This document shows, piece by piece, positions 12,640 through 24,500 of a DNA stretch of 64,000 bases. The DNA comes from Geosiphon pyriformis uo1 (taxonomy: Eukaryota; Fungi; Glomeromycota). Both the position numbers and the translations under genes were made by a program. The first letter of the stretch is position 1, and every line of letters starts with the position of its first letter. The notes below the pieces were generated by a model. The model was not told where the DNA came from and did not search any database. It saw only the letters and a program-made list of their open reading frames with translations. The DNA lies in the NCBI GenBank assembly GCA_016748015.1, contig JAAOMT010000494.1, positions 860,190-924,189 on the forward strand. The letters run 5' to 3'.

Positions 12640-13268
12640 TCAGAAAAAATCAAGTATAAATAAATGCACTATTTCCAAAACACAGGTATCTTTAATCAAT
12701 ATAAACAATTATTTTCTGAATCAAAACATTCAAAATGCTTTCTATATTCTCTATAAGTATTGAATCAAAAACTATCCAAATACTATTCTGACCATTGAAA
12801 AACAAACCACCATAACTGATAACAATAGAACACATACTGTTATTAAACCAAAAAAAACCACTATTAGAAGAGAAAAAATTGGTAGCAAAATAGATAAATA
12901 TCTGTTAGAAAGTATAACAGCAGCTATACTCTCATCTTTTAGCATAATTGGAAAAACAATTCAAAAAATCTTGCCCATAAACAAAAATCTGTCATATGAA
13001 AGGCAATTAGAACTTTATAGTTGCCTTAAAAAAATCATAGAGAATATAAAACTCATAAAGAAAACAACTTCAGAGATACAGGCAGAAATTTTGGATATTA
13101 TATAGTTAGATGTCTCAAGAGTTTTAACTATTGCTAAAAAAGCCAAAACTCTAATACAAAGATTTAGTCTCTTAAATACAAAACTTATTTTACCTCAAAT
13201 ATTATATACCTTATCCACAAAAAACTTCAACAAACTAGTTAGCTTTGAGTTAGATAAAACTCTTTAAA
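12640..13268 (+). pseudogene. Accessory ORF3 of A1, unknown function
   Basis: Lies between integrase and PPT. Homologous to ORF 28117..28371 in A2. Confidence 0.65.
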
Positions 13269-13326
13269 TAGACTACACTATGAATAATTTGATTTCACAA
13301 AAGTTTAATCTCTTTGAAGAGAATAA

Positions 13327-14006
13327 TATTATGGTTGAAATCTATACTTCTTATTAATTATTACATGTATTAGCCACTAATATCATATAATTAGCCACTC
13401 TATTTTTAGAAAGTAATCATTGATCTAATCATTAACCTAATCATTAACCTAGTCGTTAATCTGATCATTGACCACTTTTGATAGCTATATAAGCAATGAA
13501 TCTCTTAGCTATAGAAAAGCATGTAAGAATCAAAGAAATAAAAGAAATAAAACAACAACTTTTATCTTAATTATTCTTTTATTACTAAATTCACTTTTTC
13601 TATCTTCAAGTATCTGAACATTTTGGGATAAAAAATTACTTGTTGGTTATTTTTTATCCTTTTCCTGAAATGTGTAATTGCAGCATTTGAAGATTATTGA
13701 ATAAAAACGTAACTAAAAAGTACATCTAATACCTGATATTAAATTCTAAGAGCACTGATATGAGACATAGAATTATACCAATATGTAATCATTTGTTAAC
13801 AGTATGGACTATCTCTCTACCTTCAAATTCTCTGGTTATCTTTTGAAAAGTATAGCAACTGAAATATTTTATAAGACTAATCTTGTATATTGAATTCATA
13901 CTTATTTAATTCACTTTTTAAAGTTGAATTCTTTTTGATTACTTTTATCACTCTACAATTCTGTTCTCTCTTGCTATCTGTTAGCTTGTTACTCCAATCT
14001 GTAATA
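13327..14006 (+). repeat. 3' LTR of A1
   Basis: Colinear with 6253-7004, with fewer 12-mer repeats. Differences are mostly transitions. Confidence 0.92.
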
Positions 14007-14973
14007 CTAACACTAATATCCATATTTACATTTAAAAAGTAAGCAACTATTCTACCAACCATTTTTGTTATATCTAATTTCTTAAACAAGTTATTAATCT
14101 GCTATTATAGGTGATTATTTGGGATCTTAAATCAAATAACAAATCCATAACTTGGTGCTTAATAGCTGATATGTATGTTAGTATCTAAAGGTTTTGGTAT
14201 TTGAAAATCTTGGTTGAGTTTTTTGTATAATAGACAAAAATTTAATGATGTTTTATCTATTACTTCTCAAAATCACAATTCTGTTAATTTTTTTTTTAGC
14301 ATAATGGCCAGTAATCTTCTTGGTAAGCTATCCTCAATTTTGAATGTTTACCCTTATTTCTGGGTCTTTTACCAATGCTATATCTTGACATCAGTACCCT
14401 TACATATTAATTAATTAATAAACAATAAAGAAACAACTAAAGAAAAAGAAATAAAGAGAAAATAAAGAAAATAAGCCAAGACAATGAAAAGTTAGTATTC
14501 CATTAATAATCATAATCAAGAGCAATTGTTTTAATGTAATCAAATATCAAATACTATCAACATAAAGTATTAATAGTGGGAAAAGTAATTTAGATAATAA
14601 ATAATTATTTATTAATATGGATAATTTTAATTAAGATGTTTATTAATGAAAAAATTTTGGTATTGATTCTGTTTTTTCTGCTTTTAATGTTCTTACTATA
14701 TATATATAATTTGGATTCTATGAGATTGCTTACATTCCTAAATGATGTGCCATAATTTCTCAAACAATACTCATATTGTTGAGCAATGTGTTATGATTTT
14801 CTAATGTTGTTTTACATTGTTAAGCAATGTGCCATAATTCCTGATAATACTCCATATTGCTAAGCAATATGCTCATGTGTTAGCTATTATTCTTCTATTG
14901 GTTTATCTGTTTTTTTTATTATTTTTTTATATGTTTTTTTTCTATAAGTAACATTATCTCTTCTTTTTTAATA

Positions 14974-15690
14974 TTAAGCTCTATTGAAATTTTCATTTTG
15001 AATTAGGTTCATGACTTTTTTTTCTAATATTGTTTGTTTAATTCTGCTTTTTATATCTTTGATTTGCGAGTTGTTTATTCTTCTCTATTGGTTAATGGTT
15101 ATTGTCTCCATGTTAGGGTGTAACAATATTTCTGTGTAGTTTTGAAATATCATGTGTAATTAATAAATTGTTCTAATGTATAGTGTCAGATTTGTTTTCT
15201 TTCCAATAATGTCTTCAATATTCTGTATTATTTCTTGGTTAAATATTCTTTTGGCTTTGTTAAGATATAACTTCTGAATATTCAACTTTGTTCTAACTAA
15301 TAATAGCAGTATGGTATTAAAAGTTGTTTTATTTACTGTTTCCAATTTTCTTTTAAAAGTTTTTCTGTTGAAACTATGATGGGTATTTTTCCAAAAGTGT
15401 TCTTCATTTTTTTCACTATTTTATTTGACCAGTTTTTTGGTTGGTTCTGTGGTTACTAGTATGGTGTACTTTTTTCTTTTTGCTTGGTGTTTTGATAGCA
15501 GATTGTTTGGTGGTTGATAGTGATTTTTATATTCAATTGTTGTTGATTTAAGGTCTGCAATAATTGTTGAGCTAAGGTGTAGATATGGTCTGGTATTTCC
15601 ATTTTCTTTGGTTTTTTTGTCACATATATTGTGTTTTTATATACTCTTTTGGTTGATTAATTTGATGCATTTGAATCAATAATAATAATT
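14974..15690 (-). pseudogene. Accessory ORF3 of element B
   Basis: Includes ORF 15160..15345 and ends ...ENFNRA-stop just before the PPT. Confidence 0.6.
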
Positions 15691-15931
15691 GGTTCTAGAT
15701 CTCATAGAATTTCATTTTGTTGGACTAGTATTTGTTGTATTTCTAGTTGTGGAATATTATTGGTAGATGATGGTGTTATATTGTGATATGGTTTTAGTTG
15801 ATTACTATGTACTGCTTTAGCTAAAATTTTGTTGTTTTATTTTAATTTATAAGCTTCATTTCCTAGAATTTTTTTATGTGAAATGGTTTATCTTATTTGG
15901 GATCAAATTTTCCACTTTATTGTTTTTCTGC

Positions 15932-16761
15932 TGTTACTTATAAAATATAGAAAGTATATTAATATATAAATTAGCCAATCAGAAGTAGCCATAGTAGATG
16001 TAGAATTCCAGGATTCTTCTCAAGAAGAATTGCAGGATTCCAGGAATTTCAGAATTTTTATACAAGAAATTCCAGAATTCCAGAATTCCTCTCAAAAGAA
16101 TTGCAGGATTTCTGGTGTGAAGAATTGAGGAATTAAGGAATCTCAATTATGTATATATAGTGGTAATATTAAAAGTAGAAATGACAGATCTCTCAGTTTA
16201 GATTTTATCTAAGCAATTTTCTACATTACAAATATCAAATAAAAAATTATTCACCATCTCAAATCTACCCTATTATCAACTTTTCATGTTAATAATAATT
16301 GATACTTAACCACACTAGAACAATAGCTCTTGATCACAGCTATTGATGAGATACAAAACATTCATTGTCTTGGCTTATTTCTTTTTTTTATTTTATTTTA
16401 TTTTATTTTATTTTTTTTGTTGTTAACTAACTGATTCAAGAGTAAAGTACTAAGTTATCAACATCAAGGATAGTCTGGTAAAAGATCCCAAAAGAAGAAT
16501 AGAAAGAGTAATAATTTAAGGATAGCTTACCAGAAAGGCATCTCTGCCAGATTACTGGTCACTATGCTGAGAAAGAAATTGGATGGAATTGCGATTTTGA
16601 AAGGATACTAAAACACTATTAAATCTTTGTTCATTATACAAAGAACTCTATCAAAATTTTCAGATACCCAAAATCTTCAGAAACTAACATCATTATATTA
16701 ATTGAGCACCAAGTTACAGGTTTGTTATTTGTTTTAAGACCCCAAATAATCACTTGTAATA
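15932..16761 (+). mobile_element. Solo LTR (family D) inserted in the integrase C-terminus of B
   Basis: TGTTAC...GTAATA termini. TSD CTGC/TTAC (two transitions). Host frame TKAEKQ is restored on removal. CCAAT box at ~15975 and GAATTCCAG tandem repeats. Confidence 0.88.
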
Positions 16762-18265
16762 TTACTTTGGTACAATATAAAAGTACTTTGTCTTCAATCT
16801 TAAATTCAACTGGTTTATTTGGTAATTGGTTATTATGTCATTTTTTTTGTTTTTCTTGTGACTTTTAGATGTTATCAGCTGCTCTCTATCTTTTGTTTTC
16901 TAGTGTCTCTATTAGCTCATATGTTCTTTTCAGCAATGTTTTTTGTAAATTGGCTTCTGTTATTGGTTTCATTAAATATGTGTTAATATTTATTTTAACT
17001 AGTAATGTTGCTGTTCTATAATAAACAAGTTCAAATAGTGTTGCTTGTATGGTATCTTGTTTTATTGTTTGATAAACAAATAGTACTAATGATATAAACA
17101 AATCTCATTTATTCTGGTTTTTTTGGCTGATTTTGGCAATTGCTTTACACAATGTTCTGTTGAATTTTTCAACTAAATTATTTATTTATGGATGATATGG
17201 TGATAATAATAGTTTCTTAATTTTAAATCTTTGGCTTAATTCTACTAATGTTCTGTTTACAAAGTGAGTTTCTTGATCTAATAATAATTTTTTTGGACAT
17301 TCATGTTAACAAATCAAATCTTAATGAATGAATTCAGCTATGAATTCTGCATCTGCTTTTTAAATTGCTTTTGCTTCTGGCTATTTTGTGAGATAGTTTA
17401 TAACTATTGCTATATAACAATTGCTTCTGCTGGATATTGTTAATGATTCAACTAAATCAATTCCAATTCTATCAAATGATTATCCCATTCTAATTGGTCT
17501 TAGTGGTTTACTAGGTCTTGTTCCTTTTCTTTTTTGATAAGCACCACAATTTTAGATGTATTAGATGATATCTGGATACATTAATAGCCAGTAATATCTC
17601 TTTTTGGTTCTTTCTATGATTGCTTCTTTATGAAAATGTTCTGCTGTTAAATCTAACTGCATGTTGTATAATATTGTTTTTTTTTCTGATTTTGTGATTA
17701 TTTTGAATAGTTAATCTGGATTCTTTCTGTTTTTTCGATATAATATATTTTGGTAGATGATAAAATATTTGGATTGTTGTTTTATGTTGTTTTATTTCTT
17801 TTAAAATAATTTTTCCTGAAACTACTTTATATTAATATAGTGTTAGAGTTGTTAATATTTTTGTGTATTCATCTTTTGTTATATTTTTGGGTTTGAAATG
17901 TTCTTAAATTTGTTTTATTTATGACAACTCATTAGTATTTCTGTTTTCTTTTTCCTTTTTATAATGTATTGTATATTTGAATAGTAAAAGTTTTATTTTC
18001 TATCTAATATGGCAGTTGTCTCCAAATTTTTGTTTCTGAATCAATGTTAATTCTTTGTGATTAATATATATGTCAAATTTTTGGCTTAAGTATTTTTTCC
18101 ACTTTATAACTGCCCAATAAATTGCTAAGTATTCTAGTGCTAGTGTTCCATAGTTCTTTTTAGCTGAACTTAAACTTTGGCTGGCATATGCTATTGGGTG
18201 TTTTTTTCTATCTGGTTTTCTTTGCAATAATACTGCTCTCAATACTTGATCTGATGCATTGGTGA

Positions 18266-19679
18266 TGTTACCAGAAGATTTTCACACTTTTCAATGCAAA
18301 AATTACAACACATACAATAGAAATTAACATCAAAATCATGCGAAAAAGACCTATGTTATCACACTTAATCAACAAAATCAGCTGGCAATCTGGAAATAAA
18401 TGATCAGCAATTAATCTAATTACAACAAAAAAATATGACACAATCCCACAGTTTAACTAAGTTGGATATAAAAAAAATCTTGGCAAACTAAGAAACACCA
18501 ATAGAAATAAATGATTGATGCATGTAATCAGATAACAACAGGTTTTTTTATGTTCCAAAATTCTCATACACCTTTATTAGAACAATCTAACATTCCAGAT
18601 CTGCGATCAATGGTTAAAAGTAGTTACCAAGAAATGTAATCAATTGATCTACTTCTGATTATGTTAATCATAATCACAATTGGTATCATTGATTGACAAT
18701 TAATGTTCTAGATTCAGCCATCTAAATCTGATCATCTAAAAATCACTAGCTCTGAGAAAATAACATGCCAAGTAAGCTTATCATAAATTGATTAATTAAA
18801 TGTATATAAATAATTGATGTATTTTAAATAATTCTAATATAGTATGTAGATCTGATGTAATTTAGCTATATATACAGCCCTTCTGTCAGCTCAGAAAAGC
18901 ATCAGTTCAATACTGAGCCAACTCTTCGCTATAGTTTTATAGTGAGCAGTTAGTCCTTTCCTCTACTCTTTACATTCTCTCTTCACTTTCTATGCTTTAA
19001 ATACTTGTCATCACAATCTCAAGTATGTCTTCCCATATTCCTTATTACCATTTGGAATCACGTTGTTTATAATCTTTAACTTACTTGTTATCACCATTTC
19101 AAATTGTTCTATTACTTCCGATCTTTCAAATCATGTGTTATTACTATTTCACATTAAGTCTTGTTTCACTGAACAAGTTGTTAAATATAAAAATAAGTAA
19201 TAAAGTATCACATTGTTAGAGAGTGGTCTCAACAATAAAAAGTTAAATCTATTTCAGTTATGTTTTACTTTTACAATTTTTTTATAATTCCTATAACTTT
19301 ATTTTCAAAGCAGGCATTTGAACACCACACCCTTTCAACAACTAATTGAAAGAATTCTGGTTACGTATTTCTTTGAGTAGTTGGTTTTACTTCTTGTTGC
19401 TGGTTGCACTTCTGATACATATAAAGAGATGTGATTTCTCTTTTCTCTTTAAAATACCTAAGACTGGTTCTTGCCTAAAAACAAATAATAATGACAATAC
19501 TTTCTTTTACTTTTAATGACCTTATTACGTACCCCTTTCTGCTCTCCCATTCATTGAAATAGTCCATACACCCATGATATGCTATAGTCAGTAGCATAAT
19601 CATGGTAATGTGTGTGTTCCAGGTGAAAGCTATTGTTATTGCTAAGAAGTTACAAATCCATAGCTTTCACCCAGTAACA
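18266..19679 (+). mobile_element. Solo LTR (family F, 1414 bp) inserted in RNase H of B
   Basis: TGTTAC...GTAACA termini, perfect TSD GTGA, TATA-like box ~18866. Orientation inferred from the TATA context. Confidence 0.88.
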
Positions 19680-21149
19680 GTGATAATAATAAATGGTTTG
19701 TTGTAATCTGAATAGATCAATACTGGTGCTTGAATGAGTTTTTTTCTTAAAGTATTAAAAGCTTTTTGCTATTTTTCAATCCATTTATATTTTAAATTCT
19801 TGGTTTGAAGCTAGTAAAGTAGTTGAGCCAGTTTGGAAAAGTTTTGAATAAAGCAATGATAATATTCAATAAATTCCAAGAATGCTTGTAGTTCTATCAA
19901 ATTTGTTGGTATTGAAAAGTTTTTAACAATCTCAATTTTGTCTGGATTTGTTTTGATGCTGTTTTTGTTTATGACATGTCCTAAAAATTTCAATTCTGTT
20001 TTGTTGAAAAAGCACTTGGTTGTATTTAATTTTAATCCTGCTCTTCTTAATCTTTCGAACACTTGTTAAAGATAATGCAAATAATCATTGAATGTTCTTG
20101 AGAACACATTGGTGTTATCCAAATATATGACTACTAATTTCCATAGTAGTCCAATATAAACAATTTCTATAAGCTGTTAAAATATGGCTGAAGCATTGAT
20201 TAAACCAAATAACATAACTTCAAATTTGAAATTCTCTTCTCTGGTAGTGAATACAGTTTTTTCTTTGTTAGCTGAATTCATAGCTATTTGCCAGTAACCA
20301 CTATCTAAATCTAATGTGAAAAACCATTTTTTTCCTTTGAAAGCATCAAATAATTCCTGGATTTATGAAGTGAAGTAACTGTTTTTATAAGTTATATTAT
20401 TAAGTTTTTTATAATTCACACAAAAACGGATTTTTTTATTCTTCTTCTAAACTAGTACTACTGGTAATAACCATGAACTCATTTATAATTGAATTAACTT
20501 GTTGTTCAACATTCTGTTGATTTCTTGTCAAATAATCTCATGGCTGGCTAGTGGCACTTGGTACACTTTCTGTTTAATTGGCATTGTATCTTCCATCTTA
20601 ATTTAATGTTGAATGATATCAGTTTGGCCAAATTTGTTTTTACTGGCAAAGATATTAGTGAAATTGTTAAGTAATATTTTGAGTTGCATTTGTTGAAATG
20701 GGTCTAAGTTTTCTAAGTTCATTTGTTCCAATTGTTCTGGTTAAAGCAAATAACATTCTTTTTGTTCATATATTGTTTGTAATGTAATATTCACATATCC
20801 ACATAGTTATAAAAAATTTGGAATAGTACTTGGTAGTTGGTCTTCAATTTCAGTGCTTAAATATTCAATGATAGTTTTTTTTGGTATTTCAATAATCTTT
20901 TCTATTATATTGTAGATAGAAATTTTGATGTGTTTAGGACTTTTGGCTGGTATGTAAAGATTAATGAGTTTAATCTTTCCTAATTCACAATTTGTAGTTT
21001 TTTCTTCAAAAATTTGAGCTTGATCCTTTACTTTCCTTTCTATGGCTAATATATACTAATCATATAATGAGATAGAAATTAATTAACAAATGAAAATAAT
21101 TTTTTCTTTGTCAATAACTTTTTCTTTTGCCATATTAACTGGTATATCT

Positions 21150-21580
21150 ATTCTACTTGTGGATCTGAATCTATTGATCTCTCTTGCTGTCATTCCTAAT
21201 TCCTTTCTATTTTCTATTAATACAAACTGAAGTATTTTAATCAAAGATAGGAATATTGCCTGTGCTATTTTTTCATTTGGTTCAATGATATATTTTTTTT
21301 CTGAGTTATTTTGTAATATTGTAATAATATTTCTTATATATCTTGCATTAATTATTCATTCTTTAATATTGATCTCTTTGTTTGCTAAACTAGATCTAGA
21401 AACTATTTGTACTATAATTGTTGCCAGAATTTCTAATGCAATTTTTAGATCAATACAAGTATGTGAATATGGTTCTAATTTAATGATATTTTTTTCTGGA
21501 TATTTTAAATCAAACCCTGTATCAGTATTATGTGTGTGTTTTGGCATAATATTTTTATCATTATTGCTGAACCATTTTAG
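21150..21580 (-). pseudogene. dUTPase domain in pol of B
   Basis: Motif 1 DTGFDL, motif 2 SRSSLA, degenerate motif 3 IINARYIRNI, motif 4 EKIAQAIF, degenerate motif 5 REINRFRST. Confidence 0.88.
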
Positions 21581-24500
21581 TTTTTGCTTCTTAAAAAGAT
21601 TAGGAAGCACAATGTATTGTTTTGAATTTGAATTTGAGTATAAATTATTGTTATTGGTGTTGTTATTTTGAACTATGCTGGAATCATTGTTTTTGTCATT
21701 GTTATCAAAGTTTGAATTGAAATTGAATTTTGATTCTGCTTCTACTGTGCACTCACCAATTGGTTCATCTTTTTTAGGAATTGTGTAGATTATGTATAGT
21801 GGTAGATTGTAAATAAGATTACAATCATCATAATACTTAAAGTCACATAATATTAAACAATAGTCACATAGTTGGGTGTTTAGCTCTTTTAAATGTTGTT
21901 CTTGCTTTTTTTGTATAGGTGCCAAGTTCTAATAGTGTCTATAAAACTGCTTTGGATCATTCTCAATGTTATCAAAAACATCAAAAGTAAGGATGTATTC
22001 TGGTTTGAATAGTAAAAGTGAATTGTTCTTAATTTTTAGCAGTTTGCTGGGCAAAGCATCTTGATCTTGACACTTGCCATTCTCCATATCTTGTGTTTAT
22101 TATGTGGGTATTTTTCTAAGTATTATAGTGCTTGTTTTCAGATATCATTAATTGAAGTTTTTTTTCATATCTAATTGTTAATTAGAATCATATATTTACA
22201 CATTTTGGCACACATTTTTCTTCATCTAAGAATGTTGTTCCATGTTTTTTTGTCAGGAAAAATTATTTCACATGTGAAACAAGACTTATTATCTTATTTT
22301 TCTTGTCTTTTTGGTCATCCAAAGTGTTCAAAGACACATAAATGGCAGTAGTAGTTGGTGGCTGTTGGCCATTTCTTATTGTTACCACAACATGTACCCA
22401 TTGTTGACAATTTCTTGCCACAATTGATGCAAATTAATTTTGGTCAATGATAGTTTGGCTGGCATTGAGTAGTAGTACTGTATAAAATATATGTGGAAAT
22501 AGTTGTGTGAGTTTTTTTTTCTTTTTCTTTCTCTTCCCATATAGATACTGATGGTAATTTGTTGTGTTTTTCTTTGGCCCATAATATCTGATATGTTTTC
22601 CAAGTAGATTTTTTTTTTTCTTCAACTTGATTAGTGACTGTTTGTTAGTGGTAGTCTTAAAATGACCACAAGTGGCTGGTACTTAAGTGTGTTGGCCATT
22701 TTAACTGAGTTGTAGCTTTTGAGTGTTCCAGTTGAATACTGCATTGGTTTTAGACAATCAGTCATTACCAATAAAAGTTTAGTACTGGGTGACTTTTATT
22801 ACCAATATGTTGATGGGTGTAATAATGCTATTAACTTCAAAAAAAAAGTTGTCAATTTTGCCAATTTGAGTTTTTGTTGCTTTATTAGCCATTATTATTT
22901 TGGTACTAATAGCACAATCAATTTAGCAACTTAATTGGTCTATGAGTTGCTTGGTAATAATGTTGTCTGTTGAACCATTATCAAAAATCAGTTTGATAGA
23001 GTGGTTATCAACTTTTATATCAGTATACCTGGTCATGATTAGTTTGGCATTAAAAATGGCTCCACTAAATAAGAGTGTTGTTACTGGTTCTTCGAGTTCA
23101 AAGAGAAAGATGGCTTCTAATAAGTCATTATTAGTGATGGTTGCTGGTAGAATGTTACTGATAAATGGCTGCTTTTGGTTGGGCTCTGGTTTGTTGGATA
23201 GAGTGTCTTTTGGATTAATCAAGAGACTTAAATAGTTCTGGGAATTTGAGTTTTGAGCATACCCAGTTCCTGAACTATGCTGGCATAATCTTGATGGTTG
23301 GTTTGAGAAGCTTGGGATCAGCTAATGAACAATCATTGCTGATCTTCAGTTTTGGGTTATTTTCGGCCATTGGTTTCTAAGTGTTATCTGAACTGGAATT
23401 GGTAGTAGTATTTGAAGTTGTTAAAGTTGATAGATAATTTGTGACTGCAGTTAATATACTATAAGTGCTGAAATTTGATATATTGAAGGTAAGTATGTTT
23501 GTTGCATCATTAGTGAATAATAAGACTAATATTAATCTTAATGTGGTTGGTAATTTGGGATTTGAAACCAGTGATTGGGATTTTTATATTGATTTTCCGA
23601 TCATTGGTTATCAAATTTGACATGGCAATCTATTTTGAAATGGTCTGGTTGCCATTGTTGATTAATTAATAATAACAGTTTTCACTAATTTTGAAAACAA
23701 TTGGAGTTTCCTTAATTATTATTTGCTAAGTATCTCTCAAGTTTTTGATTAATGAAATCACTAAATTGTTTCAATTTAGAATCTAAGTTAGATGATCTGT
23801 TTATTACTAAATTTACAGCTTGAGCATGATTAGCTTCAAGTTCAGCTAATTCAAAATCTTGGGTGTTAATAACTGCATCTTAGAAAGTTTGAGAGTATAT
23901 TGGACATACACACTGAAAAATATTACTGTATAGTCCACAGATAAACTGGTTCAAAATCTGTAGTGCTGTAAAGTAATTTGCATTAATTGCTTGAATTTGG
24001 CATAGATTTCTATAAAAACATCCTAGGTAAGTAGTAATGGCTTCAATATCTCCTTGTTTGATAGTTGTAAAAGTATTGGTTAGACAATTGATGCTATTAT
24101 TATTACTAAAGTATTTCAAAAATTCAACTTTGAATTCATTAAAGTTCTGAAGTTTCTGGATTAGGCTTTGATATTATGAATCAGTAGTATCCTGAAGAAA
24201 ATATGAAATTGCCTGTAATGTTTTAGCATTATTCTATCTATTGGCTGTAATGGCTTTTTTCACATCATTAAGCCATACTTGGGTATTGTTTTCTTTGTTG
24301 GTAAATTTTTCAAGTTTGGCAATTGAAACATAAGATCAATACTAGTAGTAGTGATTATTGTTGTAGTTATAGTTGTTGTTAAAGTTGTGGCTGAGCTGGT
24401 AGTAGTGGCTGTTGTTGTTGCTATTTGACAATTAGTGAAACTGGTGGTGAGTTAATCACAATTACTGAAGATAAGTTTTGGAGAACAATAGGAGCAATAT

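Larger units (their letters stand above)
6253..14006 (+). mobile_element. Full-length degenerate Ty3/Gypsy element A1 (LTR, gag, PR, RT, RH, INT, ORF3, LTR), no dUTPase
   Basis: Paired LTRs 6253-7004 and 13327-14006, perfect TSD CTAA, PBS at 7011, PPT ~13315-13326, zinc knuckle remnant CYYCRLTGYFFRDC ~8403, protease LILDSGSSVSI ~9095, RT (FSTIDL, MSFGLTNASSIF), RNase H, integrase (YHPQTNRLVEHFNRTL). Confidence 0.93.

Noticed and set aside
12400-12640. Chromodomain at integrase C-termini
   Set aside because: Only an SH3-like/GPY-F-type end followed by (W/L)xP(I/V)(I/V)VI is visible, with no YLVKW-type motif.
16340-16362. Possible minimal hammerhead ribozyme (TTGATGAG-ATA-CAAAAC resembling CUGAUGAG..CGAAAC)
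   Set aside because: Other copies read TTGATGGAATACTAA or TTGACAGAAAAC, and no stem III or UH cleavage site is present.
21285-23235. Hydrophobic plus-strand ORFs (21285, 22942; also 28175, 37935, 39805, 45824, 50108) as membrane or Env proteins
   Set aside because: They are antisense shadows of A-rich TE coding strands or T-rich LTR sequence.
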